From: Saccharicrinis fermentans DSM 9555 = JCM 21142 | GTDB taxonomy: Bacteria > Bacteroidota > Bacteroidia > Bacteroidales > Marinilabiliaceae | Length of the DNA: 64,000 bases | NCBI RefSeq assembly: GCF_000517085.1 | Contig: NZ_KI912107.1 | Location: 866,398-930,397, forward strand | Reading direction: 5' to 3' | Shown here: piece by piece, positions 19,440-29,567 of the stretch | Position numbering within the stretch: position 1 is the first letter of the stretch | Layout: every line of letters starts with the position of its first letter | Made by a program: the position numbers and the translations under genes | The notes under the pieces: model-generated | Told to the model about the DNA's origin: nothing | The model's database searches: none | What the model saw: only the letters and a program-made list of their open reading frames with translations

Positions 19440-20218
19440 AGAGCTCTTTATGCACGTTTAAAAGAAATTGTTCTAAAATCTGATTATATTCAGGTTGACG
19501 AAAGTACCATTCCGGTTATTAGCAACGAAAAGCACAAAGCACAAAAGGCTTATCTGTGGATGGTTCGATCAGTAATGAATAACTTGGTTTTCTTTCACTA
19601 CGACAAAGGCTCCCGAGCACAAAAAGTGATACTTCCTTTATTAAAGGATTTTCAGGGAGCTATTCAAACCGATGGATATCAGGCATATTCAATCTATGAG
19701 CAAAAGAAAGGTGTTTTGCTTCTGGGTTGTTGGGCTCATGCGCGCAGGAAATTCTCCGAAAGTCTAAAAGAAGACAAAACGGGGGCTGAATACGCATTGG
19801 CACAAATTGCTAAAATCTATCAGGTTGAGCAAATGGCCACCGATCAGAACATGAATTACAAACAAAGAGCTGAACTGCGAAAGCGCTTGGCTTATCCAAT
19901 CATGCGTGCTTTTGAAAAATGGATCGAAGGCTATTACCCCAAAAAGCTACAAGGAGGAAAGATGAGTAAGGCGCTGGCTTACGGATGTATTTTCTAAGAT
20001 TGCGTTATACAGAAGCAATTATGATTTAGACTTGGCTGATCTTTTGCAGCACAATTGGAAAAAGTCTAATAGTTGTCAGAATATTCCAAAAAACACCCAC
20101 TAATTTCGATTAATTCCAAAAGATTCCAGTAAAACTTAGAGAATTCCAACGCTCCAATCGACATCTAGATTGGAGCGTTTTTATTACTTTTGCAATATGT
20201 AGCAGACCGCATATTTAC
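19440..20218 (+). mobile_element. IS66-family element remnant A (tnpC 3' ~560 nt, frameshifted, plus 3' terminus)
   Basis: TnpC motifs YLWMVRS and GCWAHARRKF. The tail is NPREWLTDVFSKIALYNSNYDLDLADL. The terminal hairpin is GCTCCAATCGACATCYRGATTGGAGC. Confidence 0.7.
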
Positions 20219-20243
20219 TGAATATTAAACTATCAATAAAACG

Positions 20244-20430
20244 ACCGCAGGGCAGGCCAGAACAATAGCCCCGGGGCCGGCGTTCGCGAGAGAGCTTCAA
20301 GGGCGCACTCGAGGAGGTAGTGTGGCTGGCCTAGCGCGAAAGAAGAGTGTGCAGGATGGAATTGGAGCTCGGTGCGGGTTGATAGCGATCTATTGTTCTA
20401 GACTTTTTTGGTCCTTTTTGTGGCAATGAC
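20244..20430 (+). ncRNA. GC-rich structured RNA-like element closed by a 10-bp long-range inverted repeat and followed by a 12-bp hairpin with T-run
   Basis: AGAACAATAG (20259-20268) pairs with CTATTGTTCT (20390-20399). Internal GGCCAG/CTGGCC and CGAG/CTCG stems are present. A hairpin sits at 20400-20429. There is no ORF, and GC is far above the local level. Confidence 0.35.
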
Positions 20431-20494
20431 AAAAAGGACATGATGATAATTTTCAATCAATGAGTGATTCTCATTTGAAAGCTCAACTATCAGG

Positions 20495-20560
20495 TTAACG
20501 AGCGCAGGGTTGGCCAGAACAATAGCCGTGGTCGGCGGCGAGAGCTGTAACCCGGAAAAT
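20495..20560 (+). repeat. partial second copy of the GC-rich element's 5' part
   Basis: GCGCAGGGTTGGCCAGAACAATAGCC... matches 20247-20272. Confidence 0.4.
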
Positions 20561-20619
20561 GCATTAGAAAATCTATTACGTGTTTAAATGGCTTCAAAAA
20601 AAGTCACTACGTTACTTTT

Positions 20620-21000
20620 CTTCAACTCACCATAGTAGTTGCTATGCCTCGTCTCAGAAAGCCTTCTTTTTTGTAGTAACCATGATGCCGCAGAAAATGC
20701 AGCAATTATGTACTCACTACTGGGATGCTGCAAAGCCAGTGATGTAAATCCTCGCGAATGGCTTACGGATGTATTTTCTAAGATTGCGTTATACAACAGC
20801 AATTATGATTTAGACTTGGCTGATCTTTTGCCGCACAATTGGAAAAAGTCTAATAGTTGTCAGAATATTCCAAAAAACACCCACTAATTTCGATTAATTC
20901 CAAAAGATTCCAGTAAAACTTAGAGAATTCCAACGCTCCAATCGACATCCGGATTGGAGCATTTTTTTACTTTGCAATATGTAGCAGACCGCATATTTAC
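20620..21000 (+). mobile_element. IS66-family remnant B (last ~85 codons of tnpC plus 3' terminus)
   Basis: ...ESLLFCSNHDAAENAAIMYSLLGCCKASDVNPREWLTDVF..., then the same terminal hairpin and end TGTAGCAGACCGCATATTTAC. Confidence 0.7.
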
Positions 21001-21389
21001 GAAACATCTACTTTTAGGGTTCCAATATGATTGAGAAAAAACGTTTAGGACAAGATTAGTAAAGAAAAAACAAGCATATTATCCCATGTAAACATATAAT
21101 TCTTTAATTTTCTGACCAAATAATCAATTTGCGTTTTTTAGGTATATATTGATAAATTGAATATATTTGGAAAAAGTTTAAATTCATTTACTTTTTAGTT
21201 TTGTGTAGATAGTTTAGAAATTAAATAAGCAGTTCGCTTATTAGCTATTTAATAACAGATACGTAGAAGTAAATAACTCAGAAAAATAACAAGCCTGTAT
21301 TGGCCTCTAAAAACCGAGCACTTTTTTAGTTTTTTTCTATTTTTGTGTCGGACAAACTGGTCCGACGGTGATTTGTTATACCGAAGGAT

Positions 21390-22496
21390 CTACGAAAGGG
21401 ATATTTCCGCAAGTTTTACCCCTTTGCTTATTTTTTGTGTTTGATCCTTTTTTCGTGGTATCGAACCACTCAAAAGGAGGACAAACTGGCCCTCTGGCTC
21501 AATATTACCCGAAGTATCGGACTGGGCGTTCTTCAGCGCTTCTATATACATTCGTTTATACTCCATCGGGGAGTAATGGTTCAACCTGTGTAATATCCAA
21601 TGTGTATTGTAATTGTCAATAAATTCAGCTATTTCCCGTTGAGCTTCCTCAATAGAATTAAAAGGCTTGATCTGTAGAAGCTCTTCCTCCAGGGTACGGT
21701 GAAACCGCTCAATTATGCCATTGCATTCCGGCGACCTCACATACGCCTTCGACATTCCTAGGCCAAGAAACTTCATCTCATTCATAAAGTCTGCAGAGTC
21801 ATATTGTGAACCGTGATCACTACGTAACTGCAGCTCCATACCTCTGCAAACATCTCTATTAACGGAGCCAAATTGTTTCCGAATAGCAGAACGTACTGGC
21901 TCCATAGCCGCAAAACGGTTACCAATCTTTGCTATATGCCATGCCAATATTTCGTCATTAAAATGGTCAATAACACCGAAAAACCAGTGCCACCCACTTC
22001 CATTAATCCAGAACTTTTTGCCATCAGTGGCCCACATTATATTTGGTTTGTCAGTTATAATGCGCCCCTTATGATCGTTCTTCTTAGTACTTCTGGATCT
22101 CCTGTTTGGACTCAGTAAATCATTCTCACGCATAAGCTTATTCACTCGCTCTTTCCCAGCCCTAATGGCATTGTTAGGCCTTCTTTGCATGCGCTTTTTA
22201 ACCTTGAAATAGCCTTCAGATTTAAATACACTATTCTGAATTTCAACCTTGATCTCATGCAAGACGGTCTCATCACTATGAAGGGGTTTTCTACCTCGTT
22301 TACCTGTTTTTGCCACTGGTTTCTCATACCATGTGCTACTACTATAACCCACTACCTTAAATATAAGTCGCTTTGGATATGGTTTTTGCGTTATAGAGCA
22401 AACCTCTTTCATCAACAAGGCGATTATCTCCTTTTTAGTTTTGCTACCAATTCGTTCTTTTTTTTTTGAGTTCCAACTCCATTTGCAGCTTACCAA
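21390..22496 (-). CDS. IS3-family transposase OrfB (integrase core)
   Basis: Motifs HSDHGSQYDS and NGIIERFHRTLEEE. Confidence 0.8.
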   Translation of the reverse strand: MVSCKWSWNSKKKERIGSKTKKEIIALLMKEVCSITQKPYPKRLIFKVVGYSSSTWYEKPVAKTGKRGRKPLHSDETVLHEIKVEIQNSVFKSEGYFKVKKRMQRRPNNAIRAGKERVNKLMRENDLLSPNRRSRSTKKNDHKGRIITDKPNIMWATDGKKFWINGSGWHWFFGVIDHFNDEILAWHIAKIGNRFAAMEPVRSAIRKQFGSVNRDVCRGMELQLRSDHGSQYDSADFMNEMKFLGLGMSKAYVRSPECNGIIERFHRTLEEELLQIKPFNSIEEAQREIAEFIDNYNTHWILHRLNHYSPMEYKRMYIEALKNAQSDTSGNIEPEGQFVLLLSGSIPRKKDQTQKISKGVKLAEISLS

Positions 22497-22704
22497 TCAT
22501 ACGTTCGGCCTCCTTTAGTCTAGAATCATCGGGCTTGCGCTTAAATCCATCAGCTCCATGCTTAACAAACTGATCACGCCAAAAACTCAGATCGGCGATC
22601 GTTACTCCATACTTACGGCTTGCAGCCTCCATGCTTTCTCCTCGAAGCAAGGACAGAACAATTTCTGTTTTGATTTTTGTCGTAAAACGTGTCTTTTTTT
22701 CCAT
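22444..22704 (-). CDS. IS3-family transposase OrfA (HTH)
   Basis: Helix-turn-helix ...AASRKYGVTIADLSFWRDQF. It overlaps orfB at the poly-A slippery run. Confidence 0.75.
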   Translation of the reverse strand: MEKKTRFTTKIKTEIVLSLLRGESMEAASRKYGVTIADLSFWRDQFVKHGADGFKRKPDDSRLKEAERMIGKLQMELELKKKRTNW

Positions 22705-22779
22705 AGCAGTACAAATTTAATTGTTTATTTTTCTGCTCGGTTTTATTACGGGCTAATATAGAAAAATAACAAGCCTAAC

Positions 22780-23499
22780 ATGTTTAAAGCAAAATTGGAA
22801 GTGAATGGCTATGAGCGTTGGTTAACAGCTCTGCATTACGAATACTTTTGCCCCGTAGATATTAACGAAGATCGTTATCGCAAATTTCTCCAAAAGAATT
22901 TCCCTTACGAGTTGTCTGATTCCTATAATCTGGCTCCTTATAATCACCGTAGTTTGCCGCTTATTAAGCAGAGCCTTTTGGATAAAGAATTAGAACGCAA
23001 ATGCCGCCAAAATCTCGACGATGCTACATCGAGTTATAAAATGGAGTTCTGGGATTGTTATTGCGTGGGTTTGGCCGAGCACATGAGCTCCCAAGGAAGT
23101 GCCCCCATGCGTATTCACCTGCGTCTATCGCCAGCTATTACCAGAAACCGTAGTGTAGAAGATCAGAAAGTGTGGAAAGTAACAGATATAAGTCCTAAAA
23201 GCAAGGCTTTTGGGCCTGGGGCAACTACTGAGGAGCTTGCATATGATGAACTTTATATGGTTGATGATAAAAACAATATAATTGATGATGTTGTGCCAGG
23301 CATGCATGTTGATCTTGTGATTAAAACTTCGGGGTGTATCGGTAAGAGTATTACAATTGATTTAAGTAACGAAAAATGTGATTACAAACACAATGGTGAA
23401 ATAGTGAAAGATGATATCCTTAAAAACTATGTAATCAACCAGAATACAGAGCGAGTCCCTTTGGAAGTAATAAAACAACAACCTTTAAATAATAACTAA
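22780..23499 (+). CDS. hypothetical protein upstream of the metallopeptidase toxin (possible adaptor or N-terminal module)
   Basis: No recognisable motif. Its stop is 1 nt before the next ATG and it is in a different frame. Confidence 0.45.
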   Translation: MFKAKLEVNGYERWLTALHYEYFCPVDINEDRYRKFLQKNFPYELSDSYNLAPYNHRSLPLIKQSLLDKELERKCRQNLDDATSSYKMEFWDCYCVGLAEHMSSQGSAPMRIHLRLSPAITRNRSVEDQKVWKVTDISPKSKAFGPGATTEELAYDELYMVDDKNNIIDDVVPGMHVDLVIKTSGCIGKSITIDLSNEKCDYKHNGEIVKDDILKNYVINQNTERVPLEVIKQQPLNNN

Positions 23500-23500
23500 C

Positions 23501-25222
23501 ATGTTAATTATAAAGACTAAAATAGAAGGTGTTGGTGAAAAAACACTGAAGATAAATGAAAGCGCTCACTTCGAGCCCACAGTTTGTTTTTATAGATCAA
23601 AAAAGAGTGCCGATGGTAAATTTGGTTCGTCTGATAATCAGTACAGTGGCGAATTTGGATTTGACTGGTATGATTTAGCTGTTGATGGAGAAGGACAAAC
23701 TCCTAAATCGGCTTTCGAAAACTTGAAAATTGCTAATGCTGAATATTTAGTACCTTGGTTAGTACTTTGGCCACCAAAATCAGTCTTGAGTAAATATAAA
23801 GATATTGATGCATCTTATAATCCTGTAAACAAAGCCTTCGTTTGCTTAAAGGTTGAAAAAGGTAATAGTGTAAATGGCAAAGGACAATTAAGAGTGGAAT
23901 CTTCAAATCCTAATCTCGTCATAAACGGTTCGCAGGTTGCAGAATTGGCTGAAGTCGGTATTGGGGATAAGGTAGAAATTGAAATTGAGATCTTAGGGGA
24001 GTTAACCAACAATGAATGTATTAATGTTTATCCAATTGATTCTGACGTTGTTATTGGAAAATTAAATGTCCTTAAAAACAACCATATTAAAATAGTAAAA
24101 CCAACTGTCTATTTGGTAAATATTGGCTCCAGTAGGAGTAGCGCTATTACCTCAGTGTCCTTACCTAGTCAGTATAAATCAAATTTTGATTATTTGCAAC
24201 TAAACTCGCTAAACCAAGCATTAATATACATAAAACAACCAACTACTTGCCATGAATTTACTATCCCTGAATTAGAATTAAAAGGATATAATAGTGCGAG
24301 CGGCACAATTGATTACAATTCTGAAAATCAAAACTATTTTCTTAAAGCTCTTATCGAGTCGTGGTATCAGCTAAAAACAGGAACAATTTTAAGTAAAGAT
24401 CTGAATAGTTATCCGAACTTGTCTCCCTTAAGGCGTTTTGCATATAAAATGGCTAAGAAGCTACAGAAATCCTTTGATAAGCATGCAGGAAGTGCGAACA
24501 GAATAGCCTTAACGATAAGTGAAAATCAAGAATACATTGATAAGTATAGGGATAAGCTCAGTGAATATGGTACGCTTCCTGCACCCGGCAATAGCGATAT
24601 GTCCATTAATGATGATGCAAATACTTACTGGAAAAATGAGGCTCTTAAAGAGGATTTATTATTATTTACCATGCCAGCAATAAAGAATCTAAGCAAGTCT
24701 TCAGGTACTATAACCAAAAGTAATCCAGGATGGTCGGTAAATGGAAAAAAAACCATCTGTGCTTTTAGCGATCTATTCAAACAAAATGGGGCACTAGCTC
24801 ACGAATTTGGCCATGCTTTTGATTTGGATCATACCTTTTCAGAAAAAGAAGAGGAGAGCACACAAAAAACGACTATCGATAATGATATGTATAGGAACAT
24901 CACAAGTAATCTTGAAAATTTAAATACATGGCTTATTCCAGAGAATCCAAATGAAATTTATTATTTCGCTAATTACTCTAATCAACATTTTATCATTACA
25001 TCCACAAACTTGTGTTTATTGGATATGGAGTCTAAAATAGCAGCTGAGAAATCATTCGAAATTACAAATAAAATTACGAATGCTGCACCAAAGGCTATTT
25101 CTGCAATCATTGATCCTTTAGAGAAGGGCGAGACTTTAGAGAATTTTATGGATTACCTGGCAGGTGATGAAAATAGAAAGTCATTCACAATTTCACAAAT
25201 AAATACACTTATAAATTCTTAA
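23501..25222 (+). CDS. predicted polymorphic-toxin-type zinc metallopeptidase (HExxHxxDxxH)
   Basis: LAHEFGHAFDLDH near residue 430. No signal peptide. It is followed by immunity-like lipoproteins. Confidence 0.55.
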   Translation: MLIIKTKIEGVGEKTLKINESAHFEPTVCFYRSKKSADGKFGSSDNQYSGEFGFDWYDLAVDGEGQTPKSAFENLKIANAEYLVPWLVLWPPKSVLSKYKDIDASYNPVNKAFVCLKVEKGNSVNGKGQLRVESSNPNLVINGSQVAELAEVGIGDKVEIEIEILGELTNNECINVYPIDSDVVIGKLNVLKNNHIKIVKPTVYLVNIGSSRSSAITSVSLPSQYKSNFDYLQLNSLNQALIYIKQPTTCHEFTIPELELKGYNSASGTIDYNSENQNYFLKALIESWYQLKTGTILSKDLNSYPNLSPLRRFAYKMAKKLQKSFDKHAGSANRIALTISENQEYIDKYRDKLSEYGTLPAPGNSDMSINDDANTYWKNEALKEDLLLFTMPAIKNLSKSSGTITKSNPGWSVNGKKTICAFSDLFKQNGALAHEFGHAFDLDHTFSEKEEESTQKTTIDNDMYRNITSNLENLNTWLIPENPNEIYYFANYSNQHFIITSTNLCLLDMESKIAAEKSFEITNKITNAAPKAISAIIDPLEKGETLENFMDYLAGDENRKSFTISQINTLINS

Positions 25223-25224
25223 TC

Positions 25225-25869
25225 ATGAAACTATTTAAATATTTTTTAATTGTCAGCTTATTTACCTCCTGCATCACAGTAAAGGATGGAGTGAACGTCT
25301 ATTTTTTTAAAAAAATAGACGTTACGACAAGTGATTGTAGAAAACAATACTTTTACAAGGGTGAACCTTTAAACGGTAACTATATAATAAAATCCAGACG
25401 TTTTTTTTGTAGAAGTTATAGCAATCAACATTTTAAAGATGGGTTTGATAATGGAAAAAAGACGCATTATTATAAAGGTTTGATGAAGTATCAATATACA
25501 TACAAAAATGGACTGTTAGATGGTGAGCAAATAGATTATTATGACGGAGAAAAGTGGCAAGTATCAACGCGTAGAAATGGTCTGTTATGGGGAAATACAT
25601 TGATGTATGGAGAAAATCGTAGAGATACTGCTTTTTTTGCTAAAATATATACCCATAAAGATAAGATGGATACATATGCTTCATCTGTCTATCAACTTCA
25701 TTTTTATAAAAACTTACCTTTAGTATTATTCGAGAACGTCTGCTTACTTAAAGCGCCAGTATTCGAGCAGAATTTTTATCTGCAAAAAGACAGCACATTG
25801 GTTTATAAAAAAACTTGGATTCGTTCCAAAGATGGATACTATTACGTGGAAAAGGAAGAGGAATTTTAA
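25225..25869 (+). CDS. YwqK/MORN-variant repeat lipoprotein (immunity-type), copy 1
   Basis: Lipobox LFTSC and repeats NGKKTHYYKGLMKYQYTYKNGLLDGEQIDYYDGEKW. Confidence 0.55.
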   Translation: MKLFKYFLIVSLFTSCITVKDGVNVYFFKKIDVTTSDCRKQYFYKGEPLNGNYIIKSRRFFCRSYSNQHFKDGFDNGKKTHYYKGLMKYQYTYKNGLLDGEQIDYYDGEKWQVSTRRNGLLWGNTLMYGENRRDTAFFAKIYTHKDKMDTYASSVYQLHFYKNLPLVLFENVCLLKAPVFEQNFYLQKDSTLVYKKTWIRSKDGYYYVEKEEEF

Positions 25870-25897
25870 GGTTCATTTACATCAAGGAACGATTACA

Positions 25898-26548
25898 ATG
25901 AAACTATTTAAATATTTTTTAATTGTCAGCTTATTTACCTCCTGCATCACAGTAAAGGATGGAGTGAACGTCTATTTTTTTAAAAAAATAGACGTTACGA
26001 CAAGTGATTGTAGAAAACAATACTTTTACAAGGGTGAACCTTTAAACGGTAACTATATAATAAAATCCAAACGTTTTTTTTGTAGAGGTTATAGCAATCA
26101 ACATTTTAAAGATGGGTTTGATAATGGAAAAAAGACGCATTATTATAAAGGTTTGATGAAGTATCAATATACATACAAAAATGGACTGTTAGATGGTGAG
26201 CAAATAGATTATTATGACGGGGAAAAGTGGCAATTAACTACACGCAGAAATGGCTTATTATGGGGGGATACATGGTATTATACAAATAATAGGATCGATA
26301 CTACTATAACTGCTAAAATATATACCGATAAAGATAAGATGGATACATATGCTTCATCTGTCTTTCAACTTCATCATTATAAAAACATACCATTAGGTTT
26401 AGGTCTATTTAATAACGAATGCTTACTTAAAGCGCCAGTATTCGAACAGAATTTTTATCTGCAAAAAGACAGCACATTGGTTTATAAAAAAACTTGGATT
26501 CGTTCCAAAGATGGACACTATTACTTGGAAAAGGAAGAAGAATTTTAA
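25898..26548 (+). CDS. YwqK/MORN-variant repeat lipoprotein, copy 2 (tandem duplicate)
   Basis: The first ~110 aa are identical to copy 1 and the unit junction EEEF*ggtt..atttacatcaaggaac is repeated. The true start is 25898. Confidence 0.55.
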   Translation: MKLFKYFLIVSLFTSCITVKDGVNVYFFKKIDVTTSDCRKQYFYKGEPLNGNYIIKSKRFFCRGYSNQHFKDGFDNGKKTHYYKGLMKYQYTYKNGLLDGEQIDYYDGEKWQLTTRRNGLLWGDTWYYTNNRIDTTITAKIYTDKDKMDTYASSVFQLHHYKNIPLGLGLFNNECLLKAPVFEQNFYLQKDSTLVYKKTWIRSKDGHYYLEKEEEF

Positions 26549-26609
26549 GGTTGATTTACATCAAGGAACTTTTAATCGGCGTTATCTCATAGACAATCTG
26601 TTCGATAGA

Positions 26610-26938
26610 CTTCTAGTCGCCTGTGTAACTTCAGAAAATGATTTTAGGTATTTACTACTGGGATGCTGCAAAGCCAGTGATGTAAATCCTCGCGAATGGC
26701 TTACGGATGTATTTTCTAAGATTGCGTTATACAACAGCAATTATGATTTAGACTTGGCTGATCTTTTGCCGCACAATTGGAAAAAGTCTAATAGTTGTCA
26801 GAATATTCCAAAAAACACCCACTAATTTCGATTAATTCCAAAAGATTCCAGTAAAACTTAGAGAATTCCAACGCTCCAATCGACATCCGGATTGGAGCAT
26901 TTTTTTACTTTGCAATATGTAGCAGACCGAATATTTAC
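26610..26938 (+). mobile_element. IS66-family remnant C (tnpC 3' end plus terminus with an 11-nt tandem duplication at the tip)
   Basis: Same sequence as remnant B from TACTACTGGGATGCTGCAAAG onward. Confidence 0.7.
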
Positions 26939-27341
26939 CGCATATTTACTTTACTCCTGATTTTAGATAGAATAATTTCAGGTGTTTTTTTTCATGTTCG
27001 TATTACTTTGATTATGAATCAAACATACAAAACACTATTGGCAAAAACAACTATATAATGTTGGTATACAATGATTTGCATCTTAGCTTAATGGCATTGC
27101 ACGTGCCGCGGTGGGGGTACATTTGGCATGCAAATATTGCAAAATATCGCAAAATAAGCGATGAGAATCGTGGTAATATTTTCTAGACTTACCGATATTG
27201 AAAACATCTTAGTCAATTATGTTTGATACTCATTTTAAAGCCTCTTACAATTGTTCTCTTTACTTTATACCTTAACTTCGTTTTTTTATATTTGAATATA
27301 GTATAGAAATATGTTATAGACATATTTTTAAGAAACAATAA

Positions 27342-28070
27342 ATGAAAACAATTATGAAAAAGTATTCGGTTCTATTATTTCTGATTTTTGGGATTATTAT
27401 CTTGTTTATATTACCGAGAATTTTTATTAAAAGTACATGGGGATTTGATTTTACTACTAATAATGCAAGTAATATAGGAAGTGCAATTGGTGGTGTTACA
27501 GCTCCAATTATTGGAGTCTTAAGTAGCTTTTTAATATATTTTGCCTATAACGAGCAAAGAAGAGCAAATAAAAAAGCGGATAATAAAAGAAACTTTGATA
27601 TTCTTTATACCTTATTTAATGACACAAAAAAACGTTTCTTTGAATTGCAATATAAATCTATAGAAGGTGCAGATAATCAGGGTAAATATGCATTAAATGT
27701 ATTTAGGAATGACGTGATCTCACAAGCTGCAATTGAAGCTGGGGGAAAGCCTAAAAATTTAACTAAAGTTTTAAATACAAGTTATAGAAATGAACTTATT
27801 GAATCTTTAGATTTAATTTCTTTGATTAAAAAAAATACAGATACAGGTTATAGTTTACTTCAAAATGAAAGAGAATTATTGATAAAATCATTAAGTTTAT
27901 TTTTCTATAAAAATTTAAAGATCCAGTTAAAAGATATAGAGGATAGCCTTAAAGACTTAGATGATATTAAGGTTTGTGGTAGGATAGAACCTACTGGAAC
28001 AAAACAACTTAAAGTATTAAAAGAATCCGTTTCAGGCCTTTTAATCTGCTTTGACGGGAATGTAAGCTGA
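27342..28070 (+). CDS. AT-rich two-TM membrane protein of unknown function whose 3' end and stop codon lie inside the IS256 terminal repeat
   Basis: About 27% GC with two N-terminal TM helices. The TGA stop is provided by the IS256 terminal repeat GCTGAAC. Confidence 0.5.
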   Translation: MKTIMKKYSVLLFLIFGIIILFILPRIFIKSTWGFDFTTNNASNIGSAIGGVTAPIIGVLSSFLIYFAYNEQRRANKKADNKRNFDILYTLFNDTKKRFFELQYKSIEGADNQGKYALNVFRNDVISQAAIEAGGKPKNLTKVLNTSYRNELIESLDLISLIKKNTDTGYSLLQNERELLIKSLSLFFYKNLKIQLKDIEDSLKDLDDIKVCGRIEPTGTKQLKVLKESVSGLLICFDGNVS

Positions 28071-29567
28071 ACACTTTCCTGTGATTATTTTTACGTTTTC
28101 AAAGAGACTGTAAACTCAACTCTGTCCATAATTTAGAAATTATATTTTTGAGGATTATGGAAAAAAAAGAATTGAACCCCGAGTATATCGCTATGCGTGA
28201 TATGGCACTCGAACAGTTAAAGAGCGGTAAATCCCTGACGGGTAAGGGTGGAGTATTTACACCCATTATAAAGGAGTTTTTGGAGAGCGCTTTGGAGGCC
28301 GAGATGGACGAGCATTTGACCTCCGAGCGTCGCTCCCAGGGCAATAAGCGCAACGGCAAGGGTAACAAAACGGTTAGATCCGAAGGCGGTAGTGTGGACA
28401 TTGAACCGCCCTATGACCGCCACGGGGATTTTGAGCCCGAAATAGTAAAGAAGCGGCAGACCGTTTTGGCAGACAGCCTTGCCCCCAAATTATTAGCCTT
28501 TACGGCAAGGGTATGAGCCTACGTGACATCGGATCATATATCCGGGACATGTACGACGTTGAGGTTTCCCCAACCGTTTTGAGCAACATTACCGACAGGG
28601 TGATCCCACAGGTCAAGGAGTGGCAGAACCGACCCCTAGACGATGTTTACCCCATTGTTTGGATGGATGCTATGCACTACAAGGTAAGGGACGGGGGAAG
28701 GGTAGTATCGCGCGCCGTATACAATATTTTGGCTATCAACAAAAGCGGCAGGAAGGAACTCATAGGGATGTACATTTCCGAAAGCGAGGGCGCTAACTTC
28801 TGGCTGTCGGTATTGACAGACCTAAAGAGTCGCGGAGTAAAGGATATCCTGATTGCCTGTACGGATAATCTGACGGGTTTTTCACAGGCGATATTAAGCA
28901 TATTCCCCGATACAGAAATTCAAAAGTGCGTGATACACCAAATTCGGAATTCGCTCAAATACGTGGTCTCCAAAGACCAGAAAGAATTTATGAAGGACTT
29001 GAAAAAAGTGTACCAAGCCCCAACCAAGTCACAGGCCGAGAGCGAGCTGATTAACCTAGAAGTAATGTGGGGCAAAAAGTACCCCGTGGTGCTGCGTTCG
29101 TGGAACGACAACTGGGAGGAGCTGTCCGCTTACTTTAAATATGACGCCCCCATTAGGAAACTGATTTATACCACAAACGCCGTCGAAGGCTTCCACAGGC
29201 AGGTTCGCAAGGTAACCAAGACCAAGGGTGCGTTTTCCAGCGACATGGCTTTGATGAAACTCATTTATCTGGCCACCGAAAACATATCGAAAAAGTGGAC
29301 TCAACCCATACAGAACTGGGCATTGACAGCCCAGCAGCTTTGTATCATGTTTGAGGGGAGGTTTGTTATCAATCTGTGAGCACACACCAAATTATAAAAG
29401 CGAAGGTAGGTCCGCTTATGAGTTCTGCCAAGGGTATATAAACGGCTTCGTACCTCAGCCGCCCTTGGCAAAAATCATAAGCTCCCCGATGAAGCTTTTA
29501 GAAATTGGTTAAAAGAAAAATAATGAGTTAATTTGAAATCGTAAAAAAACAACAGGACAGAGTTCAG
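28064..29567 (+). mobile_element. IS256-family insertion sequence with 17-bp imperfect terminal inverted repeats
   Basis: Left GCTGAACACTTTCCTGT and right ACAGGACAGAGTTCAGC. GC is ~50% against ~35% in the flanks. Confidence 0.8.
28148..29379 (+). pseudogene. IS256 (Mutator-type) transposase, frameshifted at ~28500
   Basis: The conserved YGKGMSxRDI motif is split across two frames (KLLAFTARV* / ...MSLRDIGSY). Confidence 0.75.

Larger units (their letters stand above)
21297..22775 (-). mobile_element. IS3-family insertion sequence (orfA/orfB with A10 slippery site)
   Basis: OrfA HTH and OrfB rve DDE core. Imperfect terminal repeats share AAAACCGAGCA. The 17-nt AGAAAAATAACAAGCCT is present at both flanks. 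Exact ends are uncertain. Confidence 0.75.

Noticed and set aside
20244-20560. Possibility that the GC-rich repeats are a CRISPR array
   Set aside because: There are only two imperfect copies with irregular spacing, no 25-40 nt unit with unique spacers, and no cas genes.
25225-26548. Near-identical tandem repeats that could be mistaken for a repeat array
   Set aside because: The unit is ~665 bp and is an intact lipoprotein gene. It is a tandem gene duplication, not a CRISPR or other short-repeat array. The 25832 start in the ORF track overlaps copy 1, and the real start is the MKLFKYF ATG at 25898.
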